The notes: a model not told the origin generated them from the sequence alone. A stretch of DNA of 64,000 nucleotides from an uncultured Verrucomicrobiae bacterium (GCA_963784865.1 CAWATC010000012.1:15578-79577); one strand, 5' to 3'; shown: positions 1 through 10,248, counted from the stretch's first letter. A program made the numbers and translations.

Positions 1-791
1 TAAAGGACAAGGCGGCGGTCAGCGCGGCGATGGCTGGTTGCGACACCGTTTTTCATCTCGCGGCCAACCCCGATATCGCCAAAGCCGTCACGCAACCGGA
101 TATCGATTTTTGGGAAGGAACTTATCTGGCGCAAAATGTCCTGGAAGCGATGCGGGAGAACGAAGTGCGGCGGATCTTCTACACGTCGGGCAGTGGAATC
201 TATGGTGAAAATCCGGCGACCGCTTTCCGCGAAGATTACGGGCCGTGCATTCCCATTTCCACCTATGGCGCCAGCAAAATGGCGTGTGAAGGATTGATTG
301 CCGCCTATTGCCATATGTTCGGACTCTGGGGACGCGCCTTTAGATTTGCCAACGTCGTCGGTCCTCGGCAAACCCACGGCGTCGGCTACGATTTTGTGCG
401 TCGTCTGCGGAGCGATCCCACCCGCTTGCGAATCCTCGGCGACGGCACGCAAAAAAAGAGCTACATCCACGTGGACGATGTCTTGAATGCGATTTTCGCC
501 ACCACCGCGGACGCCGCGAAAAACTACGATGTCTTCAACGTCGCCACGGACGACTACATCACGGTGCGCGAAATCGCGGACTTGGCCGTCGGGCTCTGCG
601 GTCTTCCTCCCGGGAGTGTGCACTACGAGTTTACCGGTGGCGACCGTGGGTGGAAGGGCGACGTCCCGGTCGTGCGCTTCGATTGTGCCAAGATCAAAGC
701 GCTCGGGTGGCGTTGCCGGCGCAGTTCGAGCGAAGCACTCGCTGATGCGATCTCGGCGATGAAAAAGGAGTTGGTGAATGAATCGAGCTAG
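1..791 (+). CDS. NAD-dependent epimerase/dehydratase (SDR family), 5' end cut by the window edge
   Basis: The reading frame is open from position 3, upstream of the listed ATG at 30. Motifs 'DTVFHLAA' and 'STYGASKMACE' (YxxxK) are typical of extended SDR sugar epimerases/dehydratases. Confidence 0.8.
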   Translation, partial: KDKAAVSAAMAGCDTVFHLAANPDIAKAVTQPDIDFWEGTYLAQNVLEAMRENEVRRIFYTSGSGIYGENPATAFREDYGPCIPISTYGASKMACEGLIAAYCHMFGLWGRAFRFANVVGPRQTHGVGYDFVRRLRSDPTRLRILGDGTQKKSYIHVDDVLNAIFATTADAAKNYDVFNVATDDYITVREIADLAVGLCGLPPGSVHYEFTGGDRGWKGDVPVVRFDCAKIKALGWRCRRSSSEALADAISAMKKELVNESS

Positions 792-2001
792 CTCGGCGGA
801 TGTATCATCCGCGGGCGGCATCCAGCACCTGGTTCCAGATCACGCCATCCTGGAGCCGGTGGATCTGAGCCTCGTGGTGCCGGCGCTGAACGAAGAGATC
901 ACCGTCGGTGAGTTTGTGGATTGGTGTAAGGAAGGTCTGGCCAGCGCCGGCGTCACCGGACAAATCCTGATCGTCGATAGCTCGACCGATCGCACGGCAG
1001 ACATCGTTCTCCAGCATGGCGGCGAAGTGCTGCGGACGCCGAAACGCGGACTGGGTCGCGCCTACATCGATGCGATTCCTTTCATCCGCGGCCAGTGGAT
1101 CGTGATGGGCGACGCCGATTTAACCTACGACTTTCGCGAGTTGAAACCATTTGTGGAAGCATTTCGCGGCGGCGCGGAGTTTGTCATGGGCAGCCGCTTT
1201 CGTGGAAGCATTGAAAAGGGCGCGATGCCTGGTCTGCATCGTTACTTCGGCACGCCCCTAACGACTTGGATTCTCAATCGCATTTACCACAGCCATTACT
1301 CCGACATTCACTGCGGCATGCGCGGCCTGACCCGGGGAGCCATCGACGCGATCGATTTGAAATCGCAGTCCTGGGAGTACGCCAGCGAAATGGTGCTCAA
1401 GGCCGCGCGCCTGCATCTCGCGACCGCAGAAGTGCCGGTGAAGTTCTACAAAGATCGGGCGGGCCGATTCAGCCATCACAAACGCATGGGCTGGCTCTCG
1501 CCCTGGCTGGCGGGCTGGCTCAACCTCAAGGTGATGCTGGTCTACACGCCGGATTCGTTCCTCCTGAAGCCTGGGTTTTTCCTCATGGGAGTCGGTCTGT
1601 TGCTGTCCATCGCGCTGGCTGCGGGTCCGTTCACGATCGGCCCGATTGGTTTTGATCTTTACTGGATGTTGTTAGGTGTGACCTGCGCGACGCTCGGTTA
1701 CAGTTGTATCCAGATCGGTGTCCTTGCGCGCATTATGCATCGCTTGCGACACGGCTTTGCGGATCGGCTCCAAGCATATCTTTCCTACAACCGCGGGATG
1801 GCGATCGCCGCCGGCTGTGGTTTGCTCGGATTTGTCCTGGCCGGCACGCTGGTCTGGCGATATGTGACCATGGGCTTGCGTCTGCAAAGCATCTCGCATC
1901 CGGCGATCCTCGGCTTGCTCCTGATCATTCTCGGCTTCCAAACCTTCTCCTTCACCCTTCTTTTGGAAATGACGCAGCGACTCTTCCGCGACTCGAAATG
2001 A
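778..2001 (+). CDS. Family 2 glycosyltransferase with a C-terminal multi-pass membrane domain (polyprenyl-phosphate glycosyltransferase-like)
   Basis: Intact 407-aa ORF. Motifs 'LSLVVPALNEE' and 'IVMGDADLTYD' (DxD) are present. The C-terminal third is strongly hydrophobic. It overlaps the upstream gene by 14 nt. Confidence 0.8.
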   Translation: MNRASSADVSSAGGIQHLVPDHAILEPVDLSLVVPALNEEITVGEFVDWCKEGLASAGVTGQILIVDSSTDRTADIVLQHGGEVLRTPKRGLGRAYIDAIPFIRGQWIVMGDADLTYDFRELKPFVEAFRGGAEFVMGSRFRGSIEKGAMPGLHRYFGTPLTTWILNRIYHSHYSDIHCGMRGLTRGAIDAIDLKSQSWEYASEMVLKAARLHLATAEVPVKFYKDRAGRFSHHKRMGWLSPWLAGWLNLKVMLVYTPDSFLLKPGFFLMGVGLLLSIALAAGPFTIGPIGFDLYWMLLGVTCATLGYSCIQIGVLARIMHRLRHGFADRLQAYLSYNRGMAIAAGCGLLGFVLAGTLVWRYVTMGLRLQSISHPAILGLLLIILGFQTFSFTLLLEMTQRLFRDSK

Positions 2002-2612
2002 GCGAGCGCCGGGAGGAAAGCTACGGATACCGCAAGCTGACGGCGGTCGATCGCCTGGGCGTCTGGCTTTCCCAACGCGCGATCCGCCGATGTCTGCCGA
2101 AACGCCGCGATCTGAAGGTGCTCGAGCTGGGGTGTGGTTATCGCGCGACTCAACTCTGCGCCATGGACGACATCGTGCAGCGCGGCGTCGGCGTCGATTT
2201 CCAAATCGCCCCTGAGCTGCGGGCCAAGGATCGGTTCACTTTTATCGAAGGCACGATTGAAGGCGCTTTACCAAAGCTCGCCGGAGAAAAGTTTGATCTC
2301 GTCCTCCTCATTTCCGTCCTCGAACATTTATCGGAACCACTTCCCGTCCTCCGCGCTGTCCAGGATCTCCTCGCCGAGGAAGGCCATTTGCTCATCAATG
2401 TTCCGACCTGGCTCGGCAAGCGATTCCTCGAGTTCTCCGCGTTCCGTCTTCATCTCAGCCCGATGATCGAAATGGACGATCACAAAATGTATTACGCGAA
2501 GCGGGATTTGTGGCCGCTGCTCGTCCGCGCCGGTTTCAAACCGAGCAGGATCAAACTGCGTTATCATAAGTTCGGCCTGAATCTCTTTGCCATCGCGCAG
2601 CGGGTCGCTTGA
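1998..2612 (+). CDS. Class I SAM-dependent methyltransferase
   Basis: The internal start 'MSERREE' forms an ATGA overlap with the GT2 stop. SAM motif I 'VLELGCGYRA' and 'FDLVLLISVLEHL' are present. Confidence 0.75.
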   Translation: MSERREESYGYRKLTAVDRLGVWLSQRAIRRCLPKRRDLKVLELGCGYRATQLCAMDDIVQRGVGVDFQIAPELRAKDRFTFIEGTIEGALPKLAGEKFDLVLLISVLEHLSEPLPVLRAVQDLLAEEGHLLINVPTWLGKRFLEFSAFRLHLSPMIEMDDHKMYYAKRDLWPLLVRAGFKPSRIKLRYHKFGLNLFAIAQRVA

Positions 2613-2622
2613 TTGAGGGACG

Positions 2623-3328
2623 ATGGCGCAGCAGTCAAACCAGGAGGCCGAGTTCGATCGTTTCGCGGAGAACTACGAAGCGCTCTTAAAGCCGTGGCTG
2701 AAAGTGACCGGTTCGCCGCGAGAGTATTTCGCGGAAACGCGCATGCGTTGGTTGGCCCAATTGCTCCGACAGCAGGGCTTCGCCGTGCAGAGCGCGATGG
2801 ATTTCGGCTGTGGCACTGGAATCTCGATCCCGCTGCTCATCGACATCGTGGGGGCGGAACACGTGCTCGGGGTGGACACCTCAGACGCTTCACTCAATGT
2901 GGCGCGTCGGACGCTGACGAACCCTGGGAGTCCAACTGGAAACGGTCGAAGCGTTCGTTCCGCCGGGCGTGCTGGATTTCGTTTTTTGTAACGGCGTTTT
3001 TCATCACATCGAGCCGGAGCAACGTTCTCAGGCGATCGATTATGTCCACGCGAGCTTGCGTAGCGGCGGCCTCTTCGCCTTCTGGGAGAACAATCCTTGG
3101 AATCCGATCGTGAATTATTCCATGAAGCACGGTGAAGTAGATCGGAATGCCGTCCCCATCGTGCCGCCGGAGGCTCGCCGTCTGCTGACCGCGGGACGCT
3201 TCCGCCTGCTCCGCACCGATTATCTTTTTTTCTTTCCGAGCTACGTGCCCGGCTTGCGTTCGTTGGAGAAATACCTGTTTCGGCTTCCGATTGGCGGACA
3301 GTATCTGGTTTTGGCGCAAAAGGTCTGA
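2623..3328 (+). pseudogene. Class I SAM-dependent methyltransferase, frame-disrupted (one shift near 2920)
   Basis: ORFs 2623-2991 ('DFGCGTG') and 2969-3328 ('LDFVFCNGVFHHIEPEQR') are the two halves of one methyltransferase fold in different frames. Confidence 0.7.
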
Positions 3329-3343
3329 GGCCAAACCAAGATC

Positions 3344-4324
3344 ATGATCATTACACGTTCTCCTTTGCGGATCTCGCTGGGAGGGGGAGGAACCGACCTT
3401 CCCTCGTACTACAAGGAACATGGGGGCTTCCTGGTGGCCGCCGCGATCGACAAGTACGTTTTCATTAACGTTCATCGCCGCTTTGCGGAAGGCTTTCTCC
3501 TCAAGTACTCGCGCCTCGAGGAAGCGGCCACGATCGACGAAATCGAGCACCCGATCATTCGTGAAGCTCTGAAGCTGGCTCGCGTGGAGGAGCGTCACTT
3601 GGAGATCACGAGCATGGCCGACATCCCGGCGGGCACCGGCCTTGGGTCCTCGGGCAGTTTCACGACCGCGCTGCTCAAGGCGCTTTACGCCTTGCGGAAG
3701 GACTTGGTGCACCCGGCCGAGCTGGCCGCGCAGGCCTGTGAGATCGAGTTGGAAAAACTGCGCGAACCGATCGGGAAACAGGATCAATACATCGCCGCCT
3801 TCGGCGGGCTGACCTGTTTCAATTTCCTCCCGGATGGCCGGGTGGAAGCGTGGCCGCTGAAGATTTCCGAGGAAACTCTCTTCAATCTCGAAGACAACCT
3901 GCTTTTGTTTTTCACCGGCTACTCGCGGTCGGCGTCAACAATTCTCAAAGAACAGGACGACAAGAGCAAGGAAGCGGACGCCGTGATGACGGAGAATCTG
4001 CACTTCGTGAAAGACCTCGGAAAACAAAGCCAGGCCGCGCTGGAAAGCGACAACCTGCGCGAATTTGCGCGCTTGATGGATGTGCACTGGCAGCGCAAGA
4101 AAGAGCGCTCGCAGAACATGAGCAATGCTCGGATTAACGAATGGTACGACCTCGCGATGGCGAACGGGGCGCTCGGCGGCAAACTCATTGGCGCGGGTGG
4201 TGGCGGGTTCCTCATGTTCTACGCTGATGACAAGGCCCGGCTGCGACACGCCATGCGGGAACAAGGCTTGACCGAGGTTCGCTTCCGCTTCGACTTCGAG
4301 GGCACGAAAATCGTCGCCCAATGA
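3344..4324 (+). CDS. hddA: GHMP-family sugar kinase, D-glycero-alpha-D-manno-heptose-7-phosphate kinase-like (HddA/WcbL type)
   Basis: Intact 326-aa ORF with 'PLRISLGGGGTDLPSYY', GHMP motif 'PAGTGLGSSGS' and 'GAGGGGF'. It lies next to the three other heptose-pathway genes. Confidence 0.7.
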   Translation: MIITRSPLRISLGGGGTDLPSYYKEHGGFLVAAAIDKYVFINVHRRFAEGFLLKYSRLEEAATIDEIEHPIIREALKLARVEERHLEITSMADIPAGTGLGSSGSFTTALLKALYALRKDLVHPAELAAQACEIELEKLREPIGKQDQYIAAFGGLTCFNFLPDGRVEAWPLKISEETLFNLEDNLLLFFTGYSRSASTILKEQDDKSKEADAVMTENLHFVKDLGKQSQAALESDNLREFARLMDVHWQRKKERSQNMSNARINEWYDLAMANGALGGKLIGAGGGGFLMFYADDKARLRHAMREQGLTEVRFRFDFEGTKIVAQ

Positions 4325-5071
4325 ATTCAATCGTCGCCCCAACGGAACTCAGCCAGTGGCCGGTGGCGATCCTGGCCGGCGGATTGGCGACCAGGCTGCG
4401 ACCGATCACCGAAACCATTCCCAAGTCGCTGGTGCCGGTGGCGGGCGAACCATTTCTCGCCCATCAGTTGCGGCAATTGCACGCCCAGGGCTTACGGCGC
4501 GTGGTAATTTGTGCGGCCTATCTCGGTGAGATGATCGAGGCTGAATTTGGCGACGGGCACAGGCTACGGAATGGAAATCGAGTATTCGTTAGACGGACCG
4601 CATTTGTTAGGGACGGGCGGGGCGTTGCGGCGCGCCTTGCCGTTGTTGGGAGATAGATTCTTTGTGCTCTACGGCGATTCGTATCTCTCGGTTCGCTACG
4701 ACGAGGTGAAGCAGGCGTTTGTGCGAGAGTGGGAAATTGGGGCTGATGACCGTCTTCGCGAATGACGGCCATTGGGACACGAGCAATGTCTTCTTCCGTG
4801 ACGGGAAAGATCGCAGCCTACGACAAGAAGAACCCTGGACCCGAGATGAGGCATATCGATTACGGACTCGGCGTTCTGTCCGCGGAGGTCTTGCAGCGTT
4901 GGGCCGAAGACGAACCGTTTGATCTCGCGGATGTCTACCGGCGTCCTCACCGCGGAGAATCAATTGGCCGGCTATGAGGTAACGGAACGGTTTTACGAAA
5001 TCGGTTCACCGCAGGGCCTGGCGGAACTCGACGCTTTGTTGCGCACCCGCCAGGCTGTGGTCACACCATGA
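4321..5071 (+). pseudogene. hddC: Sugar-1-phosphate nucleotidyltransferase (HddC-like heptose-1-phosphate guanylyltransferase), frame-disrupted (at least 4 shifts)
   Basis: 'VAILAGGLATRLRPITETIPKSLVPVAG', 'LGTGGAL', 'GLMTVFANDGHWDTSNV', 'AYDKKNPGPEMRHIDYGLGV' and the C-terminus 'ERFYEIGSPQGLAELD' lie in alternating frames. Both gene ends form ATGA overlaps with neighbours. Confidence 0.65.
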
Positions 5072-5664
5072 GTTATTCTGAAGATCACCTCCGCGAAACC
5101 GCCGAGATCGTTTCCCAGCTTGATCCCGCGCAGTGTGAGAAAGCGGTCGAGCTGCTCGCGGGCGTCCGCGCGCGCGGTGGGCGTCTTTTCATTCTCGGAG
5201 TGGGCGGCAGTGCCGCGAACGCTTCGCACGCGGTGAACGATTTCCGCAAGATCGCCGGCCTGGAATGTTATGCGCCCACGGACAATGTCTCCGAGCTGAC
5301 CGCGCGCACGAACGACGAAGGGTGGATCTCTGTTTTCGCCGAATGGCTCAAAGGCAGCCGACTCAACGAAAAAGACGCGCTCCTCGTCTTCTCGGTCGGC
5401 GGGGGTAATCTGGAAAAGAACGTCAGTCCGAATCTGGTCACGGCACTCCAACTGGCTCGGGAACGAGGGAGTTCCATCGTCGGCGTCGTGGGCCGCGACG
5501 GCGGTTACACGGCGGAGGTGGCGGACGTTTGCGTTATTATTCCGACGGTGAACCCGATGAACGTGACCCCGCATTCGGAGGCATTCCAAGCTGTCGTCTG
5601 GCATCTTTTTGTGAGCCATCCCAAGTTGAAAATCGCGCAGACCAAGTGGGAGAGCACCAAGTAG
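5068..5664 (+). CDS. gmhA: SIS-domain phosphoheptose isomerase
   Basis: Intact 198-aa ORF. 'GRLFILGVGGSAANASHAVNDFRK' is typical of GmhA-like SIS isomerases. Confidence 0.75.
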   Translation: MSYSEDHLRETAEIVSQLDPAQCEKAVELLAGVRARGGRLFILGVGGSAANASHAVNDFRKIAGLECYAPTDNVSELTARTNDEGWISVFAEWLKGSRLNEKDALLVFSVGGGNLEKNVSPNLVTALQLARERGSSIVGVVGRDGGYTAEVADVCVIIPTVNPMNVTPHSEAFQAVVWHLFVSHPKLKIAQTKWESTK

Positions 5665-6247
5665 GGCAGCGGGCGGTTTTCCTCGACCGCGACGGGGTTC
5701 TGAACCGGCCGGTGATCCGTGATGGGCGCCCCTTTCCGCCGGCGCGCGCGGTCGACTTCGAACTTTACGCACGATGTCGCCGAGGGCTGCGCTCGTTTGA
5801 AGGCGGCGGGCTTTCTTCTCGTTGTCGTGACGAATCAACCGGACGTGGGCCGTGGCACGCAGACGCGGGCGGAGATCGAGTTGATGCATGCGAAACTGCG
5901 CGAGACGCTGCCCATGCTCGATGCCATCGAAGTCTGCTGGCACGCCGGGCGAGAAATACGGCGAGGCGTGCGATTGCCGGAAGCCGCGGCCTGGGATGGT
6001 GCTGAGGGCAGCGGCAAGATTTCGGATCGACCTCGCGAAAAGCTATCTCATCGGCGATCGCTGGCGCGATGTTGATTGCGCGCATGCTGCGGGCTGCCGC
6101 GCGGTCTTCATCGATCGTGGCTACGATGAAGTCTTGCGCGACCGGCCCGACTTCACGGTGGCGGAGTTTTCCGAAGCCGTGGCGACCATTCTAGCCGACG
6201 CCGTCGAACTTGAACATGGTTTGCATCGCGAGCGTGACTCCCGTTAA
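5646..6247 (+). pseudogene. gmhB: HAD-IIIA D,D-heptose-1,7-bisphosphate phosphatase, frame-disrupted (about 2 shifts)
   Basis: 'AVFLDRDGVLN' (DxD nucleophile motif), 'LLVVVTNQPDVGRG', 'CDCRKPRPGM' and 'YLIGDRWRDVD' are spread over three frames. A putative GTG start overlaps the gmhA end. Confidence 0.7.
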
Positions 6248-6258
6248 ATGAAAACGTA

Positions 6259-6986
6259 ATGAGCGCGGGTCTGCTGGAAAAACTCCCGATCAAGATTTTC
6301 GCCGACGGAGCTGATCTGGAAGGCATCATTGATCTCTATCGAAAACCATTCATCCAAGGCCTGACGACCAACCCAACCCTGATGCGGAAGGTTGGCATCA
6401 CCGATTACGAAGCCTTCGCACGCTCCGTCCTGGAAAGCGTGACCGACAAACCGATTTCCTTCGAAGTCTTCTCCGATGAATTCCCCGAGATGCGCCGCCA
6501 GGCGCTCAAGATTCGCGACTGGCAGGAGAATGTTTACGTGAAGATTCCGATTACCAACACGCGGTCCGACTCAGCGTTGCCGCTGATCAAAGAGCTGAGC
6601 GATGAGGGAGTGAAGCTGAACGTCACCGCGCATCTTGACCGGCGTCACAGGTGAGTGGGGTGGCCGGCGCGTTGAATCCGAAAGTGCCTGCGGTCGTTTC
6701 AGTCTTCGCGGGTCGCATCGCCGACACCGGCGTTGATCCCATGCCCTTGATGAAAGAGGCGCGCGCAATACTCGAAGGCTTGCCGGAAGCGGAATTGCTC
6801 TGGGCGAGCGTCCGCGAGGTGCTGAATATTTTTCAAGCAGCGGACTGCGGCTGCGACATTGTCACCGTGCCCCACGATATTTTGGCGAAGGCGACCAAAC
6901 TTGGCGGACTCGATCTCGACGCACTCTCGTTAGACACAGTGCGGATGTTTCACCAGGACGCTCTTTCCGCTGGCTTTCGACTCTGA
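6259..6986 (+). pseudogene. Transaldolase-family protein (short type, fructose-6-phosphate aldolase-like), frame-disrupted (two close shifts near 6630-6650)
   Basis: 'IFADGADLEGI', 'GLTTNPTLM' and 'VYVKIPIT' lie in the first frame. 'VVSVFAGRIADTG' and 'ADCGCDIVTVP' lie in the second. Confidence 0.7.
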
Positions 6987-7001
6987 TCGTGGCTCCGGCC
7001 T

Positions 7002-8012
7002 TCAGGTCCAGCCTTGCGCGGCTGGCCTCACCAGATTCGGATCGCGCACGCAAAATTCAGGCGTCAGGTGTTTGTAATACTTCGCGGCGGCAGGTTGATG
7101 CTTCGTCATCGCGGCGATCATCTGCGTCGGCTTGATCTTCCCAGCTTCAATGAAGTAATCGTCTAGCCCTGCAACGAAGTCGATGAAGTGACAATCGCGC
7201 GGATTGGCGGGATCGAAGTTGTGCCCGAAACCGCGATCAACGAAGACATTGATCACGTTGGCGAAGCCGACAAAACAGTCGAATCTGAAGGTCTTTATCA
7301 ATAGCGGGAGGATATCCTGCGCGCGGATCCCTTCGAAACCGGACGTTGAACAGTCCCAGTTCTCATAGGCCGGCTCGAGCCGCTTCAGTTGATGATTCCA
7401 TTTGTGTTTATCATCCAGGAGCGACCAGCATGCCTGCACCAGTTCCAGCGCTTCAGGCCACCGCATATGACCATTGCGCCCGATCATGTCGTTGGTGAGG
7501 AACACGCCATCGTCGGTCAGCGATTGCCATATTTTTTCGAACAACAGCTCCAACTCCACGAAGTGATGAAGACTCTGGTTGGCGATGATGACGTGATATG
7601 ATTTTTCCACCGTCCACCCATTGATGTCGGCTTCGATAAAGCCGAAGTGTGACCTTAGAGTTTGCTCGGAAGCAAGCAGTCGCCCTCTGGCGAGCATTTC
7701 CGAATTGAGATCGAGACAATCGAAACAGAAGTTGTCGATACCCTTCTGGATGAGCAACTGAGCGAGACTCACCTCCGTGTCGCAGTTTCCTGCGCCTACG
7801 CTCAGAATATTGCAATTGCTCGGCGATTGAATGCCGGCCATTCGGCTGATGTAATCGACAAAGAACTGATTCGGGTTGCTGAATCCGAGAGACTCAAATT
7901 TCGGCCGGAGATGTTTGTTCGACCAATAGGAAAATATCTCGGGAAGGGCATGGACGTCTAAGACGTCCTTATAAATACTGATCTCTTGCTCCACTTTCGA
8001 TTCGTATGACAT
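7002..8012 (-). CDS. Class I SAM-dependent methyltransferase with a C-terminal extension
   Basis: Intact 336-aa ORF with 'ILSVGAGNCDTE' and 'VIIANQSLHHF'. Its GC content is visibly lower than the flanks. Confidence 0.7.
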   Translation of the reverse strand: MSYESKVEQEISIYKDVLDVHALPEIFSYWSNKHLRPKFESLGFSNPNQFFVDYISRMAGIQSPSNCNILSVGAGNCDTEVSLAQLLIQKGIDNFCFDCLDLNSEMLARGRLLASEQTLRSHFGFIEADINGWTVEKSYHVIIANQSLHHFVELELLFEKIWQSLTDDGVFLTNDMIGRNGHMRWPEALELVQACWSLLDDKHKWNHQLKRLEPAYENWDCSTSGFEGIRAQDILPLLIKTFRFDCFVGFANVINVFVDRGFGHNFDPANPRDCHFIDFVAGLDDYFIEAGKIKPTQMIAAMTKHQPAAAKYYKHLTPEFCVRDPNLVRPAAQGWT

Positions 8013-8266
8013 GACAGATGCTGGATAAGGAGCGGTGTTTATCTAGTCGTTCACGCGTCGAATGCTTGGTAAACTGAAGAACAGCGCATGAATTTCCGAG
8101 TCAAAACAGGCCAGCGCAAACGCCGTATGCGTTATCTTGGTAGCGGCCAGCTTCGCCCGCAAGCGAGCGAGGGAGTACCGCCAGGAATCGCCGAGACTTC
8201 GCGGGAACGCCACGTGACGTGCACCAGCAAGGTATCCGTTCAACTCCAACGCCGAGGAATCGTTTG

Positions 8267-10195
8267 ATGGAAATCGCCGTCGTCGGGAATTGTCAGGCGC
8301 ATCCATTAGCCTTGTGTCTGATGGCGATGGCTCCTGATATCGTCGCAAGACCGATCGTCGCGAATCGCTCAACGGAAATTACTGATGACCTGACAGCCTA
8401 CGATTTGGTCTTCACCACGCTACTAGACGATGCGCGCTTAGAGAATGTCTTCCCTCAGCTTGTCGGACGAGTATTTCAGTATCCGCGCGTAATCTACACA
8501 GCCTTTGCGCCCGACATCGTCTATGCAACTATCGGCCCCGAGAAGATAAAATCACCGGTGGGCGAGTATCATTCGTCGCTCATCCTATACGCATGGCTTC
8601 ACAGCCTGTCAGCGCGCGAGACGAAGGCCCTTTTCTGCCCTGAGGTGTTCGAGCGCCTCTATTTTGCGGGGCATCAGGGCCTATCTCGCGCGTCGATGCT
8701 GCGCGAGGGAGAGGCCGTCGCTTTCCCGATGGAGTCCTTGCTGGACAAGTGGCAGGGCGCTGGCCGTTTCATGCACAGCGTGAATCACCCCAAATTGTTC
8801 GTTTTGGCGGACATTGCCAGAGTGCTGGCCGAACGCTCAGGGATTAGAATGCAGACGACCCGCCCAGAGGATTACGTTGCGGATCCGTTGATGCACAACT
8901 GCGTCTGGCCGGTTTACCCCGGGCTAAATCCTCAGTGGGAAGGCTTCGCTTCGTATGACTTCAAGGTGCCCTGGGATCTAGCGTCTGCTGACCAGCCAGT
9001 GAAGGTCCTTTCCTTGGAGGGCTTTATCGACGCGTCTTTGGAGGGTTATGGGCATATCAACAAAGCGTTGGTCACATGCCCGCACATTGAGAACGTTGCG
9101 TATCAGGGCCTCGACGACTGGGCGCGACGCGCGACATCCACAGTGTCGTCCAAGAGGGGCAGAGAGAAACGGAACCATCCATACGTCGGTCTCCCACCCA
9201 GGCAGTTCTGGAGATCAGCGGTCAGCGACGTTCCTGCTGAGCTGTTCGATCCCGTCGATGATCCACCTTTTCTCATCAATGCCGATACCAAGGTGGCAAC
9301 CGCAGGCAGTTGTTTTGCGCAACACATAGCCCTCTCTCTTAAGAACGCCGGCCTTAATTACTTTGTCGCAGAGCCTCCGCCGTCCGACTTGTCTCTGGAG
9401 GAAGCCGCCGATCGTCAGTACGGCCTCTTCTCCGCTCGCTACGGGAACATCTACACGACGCGACAACTCCTTCAGCTATATGATCGTGCTTCCGGCATTT
9501 TCGAGCCTGACGATCGCACATGGATATGCGCTAATGGCCGATATGTCGATCCGTTCCGACCAACAGTAGAACCCGACGGCTTTCCGACGAAAGGGGACGT
9601 CGTCCGGGCGCGCGACTCTCATCTCGAGGCAGTTCGCCGTCTATTCGAGCAACTTGATGTTCTGGTCATCACCCTCGGGTTGACGGAGGCCTGGCGTTCG
9701 AAGAGCGATGGCGCTGTCGTGCCATTGGCCCCTGGCGTAGTGGCGGAGTCGCCGGACCCGCAGCGATACGAGTTCGTGAATTTTTCGGTCGCAGAGGTCG
9801 CGAATGACCTGCACGAGTTTCGAGCCAAGCTTAAGGGAGTCAATCCGAGGGCGCGCATCATTCTCACGGTGTCGCCGGTCCCCTTGGCGGCAACATTTGA
9901 ACGCCGGCACGTTCTGACGGCCACGACGTACAGCAAGGCAGTGCTCCGGGTGGCGGCAGAGCAGGTCGCTCAGGGTCGCGACGATGTGATGTATTTCCCC
10001 TCCTACGAGATAGTCACAGGCAACTATGGCCACGCGTCTCATTTCGAGGACGACATGAGGACGGTGCGCCAGAGTAGCGTGGATCGGGTTATGGATCTCT
10101 TCCTTCGCCACTTCACCGATAGATCTGATGTTGCCGCCAGGATCGAGTCGATTCAACGGATTCTCTGTGACGAAGAGCTCCTAGCGCATAATTGA
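8267..10195 (+). CDS. Two-domain protein: N-terminal WcbI-like polysaccharide-modification domain fused to a C-terminal GSCFA-family domain
   Basis: Intact ORF; start chosen at 'MEIAVVGNCQAHPLA'. The literal 'ATAGSCFAQHIA' motif that names the GSCFA family occurs near residue 360. The WcbI assignment rests only on the 'VVGNCQ' N-terminus and the gene context. Confidence 0.6.
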   Translation: MEIAVVGNCQAHPLALCLMAMAPDIVARPIVANRSTEITDDLTAYDLVFTTLLDDARLENVFPQLVGRVFQYPRVIYTAFAPDIVYATIGPEKIKSPVGEYHSSLILYAWLHSLSARETKALFCPEVFERLYFAGHQGLSRASMLREGEAVAFPMESLLDKWQGAGRFMHSVNHPKLFVLADIARVLAERSGIRMQTTRPEDYVADPLMHNCVWPVYPGLNPQWEGFASYDFKVPWDLASADQPVKVLSLEGFIDASLEGYGHINKALVTCPHIENVAYQGLDDWARRATSTVSSKRGREKRNHPYVGLPPRQFWRSAVSDVPAELFDPVDDPPFLINADTKVATAGSCFAQHIALSLKNAGLNYFVAEPPPSDLSLEEAADRQYGLFSARYGNIYTTRQLLQLYDRASGIFEPDDRTWICANGRYVDPFRPTVEPDGFPTKGDVVRARDSHLEAVRRLFEQLDVLVITLGLTEAWRSKSDGAVVPLAPGVVAESPDPQRYEFVNFSVAEVANDLHEFRAKLKGVNPRARIILTVSPVPLAATFERRHVLTATTYSKAVLRVAAEQVAQGRDDVMYFPSYEIVTGNYGHASHFEDDMRTVRQSSVDRVMDLFLRHFTDRSDVAARIESIQRILCDEELLAHN

Positions 10196-10248
10196 AAACG
10201 TTGGCGTTCTTGTGCGTCGCGATCCTCGGACTCACCGGAGACGGTCTT

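Noticed and set aside
2894-3787. 297-aa minus-strand ORF
   Set aside because: It is antisense to the methyltransferase and the GHMP kinase, both of which carry clear family motifs. Its translation is Arg/Gly/Ala-rich, as is typical of shadow ORFs in high-GC DNA.
4993-5943. 316-aa minus-strand ORF
   Set aside because: It is antisense to gmhA and gmhB, has no recognisable motifs and has a low-complexity basic composition.
8043-8372. 109-aa minus-strand ORF in the divergent region between the methyltransferase and the WcbI-like gene
   Set aside because: It overlaps the start of the WcbI-like gene in antisense and has no motifs. It is more likely promoter DNA.
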